Below, piece after piece: positions 1-11,554 of a stretch of 41,223 nucleotides of DNA (position 1 is the first letter of the stretch; the number at the start of each line of letters is the position of its first letter). The stretch spans positions 20,791,712 to 20,832,934 of the forward strand of contig NC_068984.1 of the NCBI RefSeq assembly GCF_001194135.2, written 5' to 3'. Below the pieces are notes generated by a model. That model saw nothing but the letters and a program-made list of their open reading frames with translations. It was not told where the DNA came from and did not search any database. A program made the translations under genes and the position numbers. The DNA is from Octopus bimaculoides (taxonomy: Eukaryota).

Positions 1-12
1 TATATACATATA

Positions 13-178
13 TTTTTTCCCCCCGTGTTTTTCTCCTTGTTTTTCTCCTTATTCTTTCTGTTGAAGAGCGTAGCTCGAAACGTTAAAGACTTTCTCTATT
101 CCCGAGCGTTAAACTAATACATCCTTTGTTGTTTACACCACCTGTCCTCGTCTGTTGTTTTTTTCGTAAATTCTCCCA
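13..178 (+). mobile_element. Short (TA)n-flanked repeat with hammerhead-like motif, probable Penelope-like pLTR/solo derivative (family 1, copy 1)
   Basis: TCTTT-CTGTTGA-A-GAGC-GTA-GCTC-GAAAC-GT-T-AAAGA at 53-89; homologous to 28894-29013; TA-rich repeats on both sides. Confidence 0.6.
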
Positions 179-400
179 TATACATATATATGCATATACA
201 TATATATGCATATACATATATAATTGCATATATATATATTTACATATATACATATATATATATATATGCATATATATATGCATATATATATATATATATA
301 CGTATAAATATATATGCATATATATGTATATGTATGGATATGCATATATGTATATGTATATATATGTATAGGCATATACATATATACATATATATGTATA

Positions 401-445
<45 letters not shown>
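178..445. repeat. Compound (TA)n/(TATG)n/(TACA)n microsatellite
   Basis: Direct inspection. Confidence 0.95.
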
Positions 446-989
446 TGTAAATATGCATGTCTTTTTGTATATATGTATGCATGCATACAGACATAATTTT
501 AAAATTTGGCACATGAAACCAATACAATTAAGGATAAAGTATCCAAAAAGGAGTAGAAAAGGACTGGCCGCCTAGATAGGATCAGATCAGTCTACAACAC
601 TGATCCCTTCCATAAAGTAATTCCTCCGAATTTACACGTCAGCGTCTTCGAGTTCGAGAGAGCCGTGAAACTTCCCACATCCTCTGGAGTGTGGTTCTGT
701 AATTGTACATAGACTTTATTGTGGTGTTCTTTTTACCAACAGTTTGAAACCTCTTTTGCGTTTAATATAAACCATCATCCATCTCCTCTTTAATTAGCTC
801 AGTATTTCTCGTTCTCTAACGAATTCAGCATCTCTAGCAGGTTCGAACAATCGCGAGACCCAAGCACCCGAGGTGGATGAGCTTTTGTTTGTAAGAGACT
901 GCCAAACTCTTCTTCACTTTTCCAGATTCACACCTTTATTTTGCTCCCCTTTTTCTTTTCTTATTTTCTCCGATAACTTTCCACCATTT

Positions 990-1230
990 GACCAATAAAA
1001 TAATCAGTTTGTTAATCTCCTAGACAACCTAACTAATCACTTAGCTAATCTCATAGACAACCAAACTAACCAGTTTGCTAATATGACAGACAACCTAACC
1101 AACTAGTTAGCTAATCCGGTAAATAACCAAACTGACCACTTAGCTAATCTGATAGACAGCCAAACTAACCAATGAGCCAATATTACAAGACAAGCCCACT
1201 AACCAGTTAGCTAATCCGGCAGACAACCAG
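990..1230 (+). repeat. 33-bp minisatellite, ~7 degenerate units
   Basis: Unit starts at 990, 1023, 1056, 1089, 1122, 1155, 1189, 1222; consensus ~GACAACCWAACTAACCASTTAGCTAATCYSAYA. Confidence 0.9.
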
Positions 1231-1345
1231 GAAAGGTAACTATGACGAACGTACGAAAATGTGAACGGTAACCAACAGCAACGGCTATTTTTGTGTAGGT
1301 GGACCATGGTTAGATAGACTGCTGTGTTACTTTGTGCCTTTGCAG

Positions 1346-1415
1346 ATTGAACATTTTCTCACAATGCTCCTCAACCGTCCAATATGTCCCGTTTATTTTA
1401 GCAACGCTTGTCAAG
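1346..1415 (+). other. Candidate 70-nt exon (unassigned)
   Basis: ctttgtgcctttgcAG acceptor and AAG|GTACGT donor; two open frames; no recognisable product. Confidence 0.2.
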
Positions 1416-1759
1416 GTACGTGCGTTTTCACTGATACCTTATTTCTTACCTTTTTTCTTTCTTTTTCTCACCTCTCTTTTTCATTTCTAACCCTTTTCCT
1501 TTCTTTTCTTTCTTTCTTAAATATACACACACACACATATATCTGGTTTATTAATTATTTCTTTATTCTATTTTTTTTTCAATTTTCGAAATATGCTTTG
1601 TGGTTTCTGGCAGTGTGCAGGATTTCTTTCTTTTTTTTTCTTTCTATTTGCACAAATTGATCTGCATCGGTGATTTGTCATGTACATTGATCTTTCTAGC
1701 TGTCACCCTCTCATTCTCTAGTTCTATCTATCTCTTACTCTCCCTCTCTGTCTCTCTGC

Positions 1760-1762
<3 letters not shown>

Positions 1763-1795
<33 letters not shown>

Positions 1796-2137
1796 AAGTT
1801 TCTCTTGCTATTTTTCTGTCTGCATGTCTTCCTCATTCTCTTTGTCCTTTTGTCACTGAAACATTCTCACTCACCTTTTTCTTTGTCTTTCGAATTTTGT
1901 TGCACTTTCATTCATTCATTCAATCATTCATTCATTCAATCATTCATTCATTCATTCATTCATTCATTCATTCATTCAAACATCATTTATTTATTTATTT
2001 AAGAGCTTGCACATCAATTTTTTTCTTCCTCAGCATGCTCTTTATTTCTTCTTCTTCTTCTTCTTCTTCTTCTTCTTCTTCTTCTTCTTCTTCTTCTTCT
2101 TCTTCTTCTTCTTCTTCTTCTTCTTCTTCTTCTTCTT
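1763..2137. repeat. Microsatellite cluster: (CT)n 1763-1794, (TTCA)n 1906-1978, (TCT)n 2047-2137
   Basis: Direct inspection. Confidence 0.95.
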
Positions 2138-2534
2138 NNNNNNNNNNNNNNNNNNNNNNNNNNNNNNNNNNNNNNNNNNNNNNNNNNNNNNNNNNNNNNN
2201 NNNNNNNNNNNNNNNNNNNNNNNNNNNNNNNNNNNNNNNNNNNNNNNNNNNNNNNNNNNNNNNNNNNNNNNNNNNNNNNNNNNNNNNNNNNNNNNNNNNN
2301 NNNNNNNNNNNNNNNNNNNNNNNNNNNNNNNNNNNNNNNNNNNNNNNNNNNNNNNNNNNNNNNNNNNNNNNNNNNNNNNNNNNNNNNNNNNNNNNNNNNN
2401 NNNNNNNNNNNNNNNNNNNNNNNNNNNNNNNNNNNNNNNNNNNNNNNNNNNNNNNNNNNNNNNNNNNNNNNNNNNNNNNNNNNNNNNNNNNNNNNNNNNN
2501 NNNNNNNNNNNNNNNNNNNNNNNNNNNNNNNNNN
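2138..2534. other. Assembly gap (N). Other gaps: 4131-4653, 5321-5386, 7475-8161, 13176-13185, 15776-16588, 18264-18594, 25205-25426, 26341-27076, 28059-28878, 31596-31605, 39886-40486
   Basis: Runs of N, mostly bordered by microsatellites. Confidence 1.
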
Positions 2535-2581
<47 letters not shown>

Positions 2582-2670
2582 AGCATGCACACATACACAC
2601 GCGCACACACACACACATGCACACACACACACACACACGTACACATACACTGACACATACACGCATACGC
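2535..2670. repeat. (CA)n microsatellite
   Basis: Direct inspection. Confidence 0.95.
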
Positions 2671-2914
2671 ACATAATCCACAGACAAAACATACAACGGC
2701 ATGAAAACAAGTGCATATATATGTAAGTACGTGATGGTTTTACTACTATTCCCACGCAATGCACGCTCTTATCAAGATTCATTATGTACCATATGAATGA
2801 ATGGACGACTTGGTTAAGAATGGTTATCGTTTATAGCTTCGATTGCAGACTACACATTTACACAGACTCCCTAACATAGCCAAAATGATACGTCGTTGTG
2901 GCTGTTGTGGGTTG

Positions 2915-3135
2915 TCTTCCACCACCATCACCACCAAGTCGGCCTTGATTCAGTCGAGTTATGATCGAAGGTATGCCAATCATGACCATCTCGTCTCTAT
3001 ATCAAGAATCTGTATGTTGGACTACATTATCTACAGAATCTTTTATTTTTTTTTTTATCTTCATCTTAAAAGATACGAGGATGTAATTTGAGTGAAAATT
3101 CGGCTACTATTTACAGCAGATCGAGTGAGCCAACT
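2915..3135 (-). mobile_element. Dispersed non-coding repeat family C (SINE/LINE-tail-like, ends in (AAC)n), degraded copy
   Basis: Reverse complement of the 'GCTAGAAATAGCAGCCAAATCTCCCTCAAAT...GATGGTCATG...GGGGCTAAACAAC' blocks also seen at about 9350-9460, 13365-13560, 14005-14450, 14530-14720, 24050-24100, 24620-24730, 36100-36230, 37950-38330. Confidence 0.7.
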
Positions 3136-3175
3136 CTTTTATATTTGATATAATTCAATACATAAATACATACAT

Positions 3176-3243
3176 GCATGCATGAATACATACATACATA
3201 CATACATACATACATACATACATACATACATACATACATACAT
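3176..3243. repeat. (CATA)n microsatellite
   Basis: Direct inspection. Confidence 0.95.
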
Positions 3244-4008
3244 GGGAGCTACATTCACTATATATACTATCCTTGTAAGCTAACAGCAAAGAGGCTATGT
3301 GGTCACTCATGTTGGTAGAAACAGCAGCCGAGTCGCCCACAAATCACACTCTGCTATCTTACAAAGCAGAAGGAACACGTTGCATAATGTTATTTTACTT
3401 ACACAATGAACTGACTAAAAGGCTGAATATCACGGCTGGGTTGCATTTGATTGTCGATCTACTCAATCAGGCTTTTACCTGGGGCCAAACAAAATCAACA
3501 GTTACTACTACTATTACTATTCGTTCAGCAACTAGCTGTGTTAGGCGATGATTTAAAGTAAACTCAACATATATATCTTCTTCATATATCTCGCCAACTA
3601 CTTTGTATTGATTCACAAGGTTTGTGTTCGCTGTATGCTGCTGCTGTGTGTACATATACACACATACAATCTCTTCATTTCTCGTGTCTTCATTCATAGA
3701 ATTTAGTCAAAGACTTGAATACGGCTAACCAACAACTGCTATATATTCTTGCAGTTTAGCCACAAATATTTACCTACTTAACTACCTACGTATCCACCTA
3801 CGTGCCTGCTTACCAACCTACATACGTACATATATACACGCACAAAGATTATTAGCAATGTCATATTGCTGAAAACGTGGTTTTGGGGTTCGTATGTATC
3901 ACTTTCCTTGCAATGACACCCGTAAATTCACAAACCTTACTGGCATTGCTGCTTGGAGTAATTTTTAAAAGACATTGCATGTGCAAAGATGTCAACTACG
4001 TCAAGTAA

Positions 4009-4095
4009 TATATATATATGTGTGTGTGTGTGTGTGTTTGTGTATGTGTGTGTGTGTGTGTGTGAGTGTGTCTATACGTATATATTTATATATGC

Positions 4096-4128
<33 letters not shown>

Positions 4129-4653
4129 TANNNNNNNNNNNNNNNNNNNNNNNNNNNNNNNNNNNNNNNNNNNNNNNNNNNNNNNNNNNNNNNNNNNNNN
4201 NNNNNNNNNNNNNNNNNNNNNNNNNNNNNNNNNNNNNNNNNNNNNNNNNNNNNNNNNNNNNNNNNNNNNNNNNNNNNNNNNNNNNNNNNNNNNNNNNNNN
4301 NNNNNNNNNNNNNNNNNNNNNNNNNNNNNNNNNNNNNNNNNNNNNNNNNNNNNNNNNNNNNNNNNNNNNNNNNNNNNNNNNNNNNNNNNNNNNNNNNNNN
4401 NNNNNNNNNNNNNNNNNNNNNNNNNNNNNNNNNNNNNNNNNNNNNNNNNNNNNNNNNNNNNNNNNNNNNNNNNNNNNNNNNNNNNNNNNNNNNNNNNNNN
4501 NNNNNNNNNNNNNNNNNNNNNNNNNNNNNNNNNNNNNNNNNNNNNNNNNNNNNNNNNNNNNNNNNNNNNNNNNNNNNNNNNNNNNNNNNNNNNNNNNNNN
4601 NNNNNNNNNNNNNNNNNNNNNNNNNNNNNNNNNNNNNNNNNNNNNNNNNNNNN

Positions 4654-4715
<62 letters not shown>

Positions 4716-5271
4716 ATTTTACACCGTTTTTAAAAATATCTTTTACAGTTTCTTCACTATTTACAACCACTAGTATATTGTGATCTGTAACCATATGGCA
4801 TGTCTTTTCCAACAAAACGCTCTCTTGCTCCCCTCCAACTTTCTCCCACATACATGCGCACATGTATGTGCATGCGTATGTTTTATTAAAACAATAATTC
4901 CAAGAAAAGGCAGTTTGTTTCGACTGGGGACACTTGAAGGACTAACCATGTTGTTCTGAACAACTAACCCCAGAACTTTGTATGTATGTATGTATGTATG
5001 TATGTATGTATGTATGTATGCATGTATGTCTGCATTTCCCTTCATGGCATCAACATATAAATGCTTCTTTAGAGTGAGAGGGCTGGATTTAGCAAAAATT
5101 TCGTCTGTAGTGCTTGGGTTTTTATAAATTCTCCCATGTTGTTTATGCTGCAATTTTTTGAAGTGCTTATAAAAACCTCTCATTAGTTTTAAGAATCTAT
5201 TAGCTTTTTAAATCGTATTCATTGGCTATTTATTGGCATATTAAACCCATGTTAATCTCTCTCTTATTCCT

Positions 5272-5320
<49 letters not shown>

Positions 5321-5386
5321 NNNNNNNNNNNNNNNNNNNNNNNNNNNNNNNNNNNNNNNNNNNNNNNNNNNNNNNNNNNNNNNNNN

Positions 5387-5427
<41 letters not shown>
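4009..5427. repeat. Microsatellite cluster: TA/TG 4009-4130, (CA)n 4654-4713, (TATG)n 4980-5028, (TG)n 5274-5427
   Basis: Direct inspection; separated by gaps and unique sequence. Confidence 0.9.
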
Positions 5428-5431
<4 letters not shown>

Positions 5432-6280
5432 CGTCCATATCAACGTACATGCATGCAAACGTATATATATATTCATACAACCTTACATTGGTGCTAGGCT
5501 TCACTCATCACTCTGCTTAACACCAATATTACCTGCTCGTAATATGTCCTCAACAGATTATAATATACTGCAAGCATTCAGATCAGGCCCCCGGTTTTCT
5601 CCCACCTGTGTTATGGTAGAGATTGATTTAAACATTATCAGTATGGGCACTAATCGCATCAATCATATCTGTCCAGAGTGGAGGAGGCTGCAAAAACCTG
5701 AACAGTGCTCTCTTTTTCTGCCCTGGATAAATTCATATAGGCATATGTGAGTGTGTGTGTGTGTGTGTGGACACATATAAAGTACATGCTTTAAAAAAAA
5801 ACAAAAAAAAACAAGCACGATAAATGCACACAAAGCTTACATACAGCTACATATACAGATGACAGATGAATACATAGATATATTAAACCTAAACTCGAGA
5901 TATTGCTTGTATTACTGTCGCCATTATAATCATTGTTACATAACCACTATTCTCGTCGCCATTATCATTACCTCTGTTTTTCCCACCATTTTATGCCCTG
6001 CTTCTATCGACTGATCATCAATGATAAATTCTGCCATTATTGCAATCACTGCTATTAGCTATACAAATTTTATTGTGCTTTTTATTTGTAAAACCTTTTC
6101 CCCGTGAATTTCAGTCTGTACTCTTAATCAGCAATCTGTACTCAATCTCTTAATTTTCCAACGCATTCATGATAATTTCTGATTTTTACATTTTTTGGTG
6201 CTTCTGTTTTTCTTTTTTGCTTCTCTCCACCCACGCTAATGAACAATTTTTTTTTTATAATCCTCAAATTTACTCCCCAG

Positions 6281-6345
6281 AGAGAAAATGGCTTTACATT
6301 GTTTCCACATTGAGGAAAACCTGCTGCTCCCTCAAATCCTCTTTG
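6281..6345 (+). other. Candidate 65-nt exon (unassigned)
   Basis: tttactccccAG acceptor, G|GTGAGT donor; contains aaaATGG opening MALHCFHIEENLLLPQILF. Confidence 0.2.
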
Positions 6346-7397
6346 GTGAGTTATGATAATTTTATATTTACTTATTAGATTGTGGTACAAGAAGCAGAGT
6401 CTTTCAGTTTTGCTGTATTTTCTTATACCTTGGGATCTAAATGTGATATTTAATGTGAGTTGTAGGTTCGCATTTCCTTAAAGAAATAAATTTGTGGAGG
6501 GAAGCAGCTCTTAGAAAGGTGGGTTCAAAGAAGTGCTTAATCTGAAAATTGTTGTGGATACAACATCTCAACATTGTTGTAACCTACACTTGGTTCTGCA
6601 GAAAGCGATCGTTGTTGATCTTTTGTGCATAAAGATCTACTATTAGCTACTATTTTAGAAACTCAGACAATGCACCTTTGCTATTTTTAGCAAGCTTGCA
6701 ATTATACCCTGATGTAAGACATAGTGCTGAAATTGCTACAAAACCGTTTCATCAGTTCACAAAAAACAAAAAAACAAAAGAAAAAACAACAACCTTTTAC
6801 CACCACGGATGATGAAAAGATGTCGCACAACTTGAGCTGATGACAGTTTGAAGGATGTCATATTGTATCATACTGATGTATCATACTGATTCATTCCTCA
6901 ACAAGAACACTTACATAAGAAAAAAGATATGCATGTCTTTCTAATTGAGAATGGTAGAAATGTTTTAAAAATGGTTAAACAAAATACTTTCATAATCCTG
7001 TATGACGGAGGCAACTGAGTAAAATGTAGGATTAATAACCAGATTAATAACTAAAGGTTTGTATCAAACTATCGATACCGTACTCTAACACAAATATTCT
7101 TAACTCTTAAATGATCCATTCTTTTTAATGCACCGATTGTGAATTGGTACACTTCGTTCTTGAAACCGTCCAGAGCTCAAAGCAATAAACTGAGTTCAGT
7201 TCGCTTTATGATTCAGTGAGTGATTGTTGGAAGGAAACAGGTTCCGCTAGACTAACTTGCCCTTGATAACGAAAGCTTTCACAGGTTCTCAGGAACGCCA
7301 ATATTAAGATGACTTGTTCGAATCAGAGAAGAAAGATTCTTACACATTGCTTTGTAATTTATTCTTTATCAATAGCGTTAAAGATTCGATTTTGGTG

Positions 7398-7400
<3 letters not shown>

Positions 7401-7470
<70 letters not shown>
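7401..7470. repeat. (AG)n microsatellite
   Basis: Direct inspection. Confidence 0.95.
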
Positions 7471-7474
<4 letters not shown>

Positions 7475-8762
7475 NNNNNNNNNNNNNNNNNNNNNNNNNN
7501 NNNNNNNNNNNNNNNNNNNNNNNNNNNNNNNNNNNNNNNNNNNNNNNNNNNNNNNNNNNNNNNNNNNNNNNNNNNNNNNNNNNNNNNNNNNNNNNNNNNN
7601 NNNNNNNNNNNNNNNNNNNNNNNNNNNNNNNNNNNNNNNNNNNNNNNNNNNNNNNNNNNNNNNNNNNNNNNNNNNNNNNNNNNNNNNNNNNNNNNNNNNN
7701 NNNNNNNNNNNNNNNNNNNNNNNNNNNNNNNNNNNNNNNNNNNNNNNNNNNNNNNNNNNNNNNNNNNNNNNNNNNNNNNNNNNNNNNNNNNNNNNNNNNN
7801 NNNNNNNNNNNNNNNNNNNNNNNNNNNNNNNNNNNNNNNNNNNNNNNNNNNNNNNNNNNNNNNNNNNNNNNNNNNNNNNNNNNNNNNNNNNNNNNNNNNN
7901 NNNNNNNNNNNNNNNNNNNNNNNNNNNNNNNNNNNNNNNNNNNNNNNNNNNNNNNNNNNNNNNNNNNNNNNNNNNNNNNNNNNNNNNNNNNNNNNNNNNN
8001 NNNNNNNNNNNNNNNNNNNNNNNNNNNNNNNNNNNNNNNNNNNNNNNNNNNNNNNNNNNNNNNNNNNNNNNNNNNNNNNNNNNNNNNNNNNNNNNNNNNN
8101 NNNNNNNNNNNNNNNNNNNNNNNNNNNNNNNNNNNNNNNNNNNNNNNNNNNNNNNNNNNNNTATATATATATATATTAGCTGTACGTTTCTATTACTTGA
8201 ATCCGAAGGATAAAAGTAACTTTCTAGTATACATAGCAAATTAAATATAAATACACAATCAAGAAGTGATAATGTTGACTTATGTCAGGAGCAAAACTAC
8301 ATCTACTGCTAGATAGCAGGGGACAGTATACGTGGGAGTGTATATGACAATGTAGCAGTTGTTTTTATTATTAGTCTTGCTATTGTTGTCATTGTTCTGA
8401 TTTTTTTTTTTTTCTATTTTCATTTTTCTCCATTTCTTTCCACTCTCATTATCAACCTTACCTACAACCTAACTACAATTGTTTCTTATCGTTTTCATCG
8501 TTCTGAATTCTATTATCTATCGTGTTAGCTGTAAAATCGTTGACATCTTCGCTGTCTTGATAATGATATCAGTGCCATCTACGTCCTTACAATTGTCGTT
8601 ATGTAGCCCACTGTAAATCCAACAGTTGGCGGTTGGCTGTCAATGTCACCAAAATGGTGGCCTATCTAGCGCCATGACAACTATACGCACAACGGCTAGT
8701 ATAATAACGGCTGCTAATTAACAGTAACCACGACAAGAACAGCAACAATGCCATCATTATCG

Positions 8763-8763
8763 C

Positions 8764-8809
<46 letters not shown>

Positions 8810-8821
8810 TTCATCATCATC

Positions 8822-8881
<60 letters not shown>

Positions 8882-8916
8882 GTCGTCATCATTGTCGTCA
8901 TTAACAAGATTAATAT

Positions 8917-8970
<54 letters not shown>

Positions 8971-9063
8971 ATGCTGCTGCCGCTGCTGCTGCCGCTGCTG
9001 CTGCCGCTGCTGCTGCCGCTGCTGCTGCCGCTGCTGCTGCCGCTGCTTCTGCTGCTGCTGCTG
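8763..9063. repeat. Compound trinucleotide array (CAT)n-(ACT)n-(GCT)n with higher-order GCCGCTGCTGCT unit
   Basis: Direct inspection. Confidence 0.95.
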
Positions 9064-9719
9064 TTGGTGGTTTCGGTGTTTCTGCTGCTGTTACCTATCT
9101 TTTATTTATGAGATTATGGAGGTGAGATGATTAGAACCTGTAGGGCACCGGACTGAATGTACTCTAGCTATTAAGTGTCGTCTCTCCACTTTTTTAGTTC
9201 GAATCTACTAGGATTAGTAAAATAACCACCAGTAATATACGGTGTACAGTAGCGTTGATTAATTCTTTGCTGCTCCCAACATTTCCAGAAACAACGTTGA
9301 ACTTAGTGCAAAGACAATATGATTGAAGTTAATGTTATAGTTGTTGTTTAGCTACATGTTAGCTCTGATACAAGAGACCTTTGATCAAAGGTGTTCCAGT
9401 CATGACCATCTCATTTTTTTTCAGACCCAGCGTATCCTGAATAACATTAAATAATTTGTCCTTCTTTACTGTAGTTCAGTAGCAGGTCAGCCATGACCTA
9501 GCAGACCACTAATCAAAGACCTAGTTATGACCATCCAATTTATTTTTTCAAACGCTGTTTATCTAGAAAAGACTACGTTGTCCAATATATCCTTCGTTTT
9601 TTTAAAAAAAGTATAGTGTTTTTTGAGGCAGTTTTAGTTGCTGTTTTTAACCTGTCGCGTGACCATCCCCAACTCTTCTATAGAGACCCTCTTTACCGTC
9701 TCAAATCATACTGCTATGG

Positions 9720-9850
9720 CACTAGTCGGCAGAACTAGTTGAAAGTTACATGTCATAACTTGAGATATTTAGCTATACATTCCTTAACATTTTGAGTTCA
9801 AATCCCACCAAGTTGACATTACCTTTCATCCTTTTGTTTGATCAAGAAAA
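9720..9850 (+). mobile_element. Degraded tRNA-derived SINE, family A
   Basis: B-box-like GAGTTCAAATCC followed by CCTTTCATCCTTT central block. Confidence 0.6.
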
Positions 9851-10103
9851 TAAAAGCAAGTTATGGACTGAGGTACGTCCGATTGGCTCTTCTTCATTCT
9901 AAGGGTGTGACCTTGTGCCTATGTTAAAAGATTGTAATTACTATTAATATTTTGGAATCGATTTAAGCGTTTAAGAAGTTACTTTGTTACTTTGTAAGAA
10001 GTTATACATGGAAGTGGAATAGGATTAAGGTTGTGGGGTGCTTTGATCGAACCCAGCTTTTCACCTGCATGTAGTAAAGGATTGCTTTTCGGTTTTATTG
10101 AAC

Positions 10104-10213
<110 letters not shown>

Positions 10214-10384
10214 TGTACATATAGTGTAATTTATGTTTGTCTATATTACTAATTAATGTCTTGACCAAATTATATAACGTCTTTTAGCCCTACTTTTCGT
10301 TTGTATCTAACTATGATTGTAAACCTTTTCGTAACATGTTCTAATGCATGGATTTTCGTAGCAAATTATTATTATTATAATGTT

Positions 10385-10570
10385 GGTTGATTGGTAGACG
10401 CATTAGAACGTCGGAAAAATCCCATTCAGTGTTCTTTCCAACGTTTTCAAATATCTCGGATTTCAAATTTACTTTCCATCCTTTCAGAGGTCGATAAAAT
10501 AAGTACCAGTTGATCACTGAGATCGATTTAATCGGTTAGTCCCCTTCCCCTAAAATAGAAAGTAGAAAGG

Positions 10571-10606
<36 letters not shown>
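10385..10606 (+). mobile_element. tRNA-derived SINE family A (Deu/Nin-like central domain) with (ATT)n tail
   Basis: CTTTCCATCCTTTCAGAGGTCGATAAAATAAGTACCAG block; GTAGAAAGG(ATT)n tail matches copy 12182-12420. Confidence 0.75.
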
Positions 10607-10648
10607 GTTGTTGTTGTTGTTGTTGTTGTTATTGTTGTTGTTGTTGTT

Positions 10649-11240
10649 ACTTGCAAATTAAAGTAGCAGAGATGTTATCTTTCAAACATTTTTGTCAGGA
10701 CTCTTGCAGAATACAAGGTGGCACTGCTCTAACGGTCGACAATACGTATCTCAATTCCAAAAGTACTTCAGCAGTTTATATGTTGTGCCGAATGGACCAT
10801 TTACCATAATCTTTTCAAGTTTTTCCATGTCAGGTCCTGATATTTCTTGATTTTCAACGTTCCTTTGATACCCACTCTACTGTCATTAGCGATCGTAAAG
10901 TCAATGATCTAACACGATCATATCTGGTCTTCTTGTTTCAATTGTATGATCAGTCTCTATAAAGAAATCTCATAAAATCCTTGTTATTATCATTTACCAT
11001 AACCACCTCTGGCTCGTGTTCATACTGCTTTTCCATCACTTCACATCTAAAAACTTGACTAACGTCTTAATGCACTCCTTTACTGCGTTTATATTATCTT
11101 TGTGCTAGTTTACTGCGCTCAGTTAGTAGATACTTTCATTGTCTTTTCTACACATTCTGTATTTGCTATCTGACTGAGTTTGATCAATATTTGCATCAAA
11201 TTCATCCTAACTGCTTCTTCATGATGGACTACAAATAGCG
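10649..11240 (-). mobile_element. 5'-truncated, frameshifted R4/Dong-clade non-LTR retrotransposon (zinc knuckle plus restriction-like endonuclease)
   Basis: Minus-strand remnants NIDQTQSDSKYRMCRK, YEHEPEVVMVNDNNK, DFFIETDHTIETRRPDMIVLD, IIDFTIANDSRV, KIKKYQDL, LKRLW (PD..D..K RLE); (AAC/AAT)n tail at 10571-10648. Confidence 0.85.

Positions 11241-11318
<78 letters not shown>
11241..11318. repeat. (ATT)n microsatellite at the 5' junction of the Dong-like LINE
   Basis: Direct inspection. Confidence 0.95.
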
Positions 11319-11554
11319 TGTAGTGAGATATAACATACGGCCGAATCCACCAGCTTTTTGAGACCGTAGGTTAGGTAAAAAAAAGACGTTGAGGTAATGA
11401 AATACGCACCTTGTATTACAGCACATAGAACAGCGGAACATAAAGTTGATGGTCATGGGTATTGGCCGCAACTGCGACTCTTGGTTCGTTTTTACTTTTC
11501 CTGCGCAATATACGAAGGTAGTAAGTGCAGTGAGAAGAGACTATATATATAGTC

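Noticed and set aside
83-527. Several overlapping ORFs rich in Y/I/M/H
   Set aside because: Translations of (TA)n/(TATG)n, which lack stops in several frames; the same applies to the HT/CV/RE/LS-repeat ORFs throughout.
560-935. Higher-complexity block with protein-like minus-strand peptides (RDAEFVRERE, LIKEEMDDGLY)
   Set aside because: Multiple stops and no motif I recognise; cannot assign a TE or gene without a database search.
6835-6860. CTGATGA motif as a possible hammerhead
   Set aside because: No appropriately placed GAAA, NUH triplet or stem I; the same holds for CTGACGA near 30302-30308 (minus) and near 39574.
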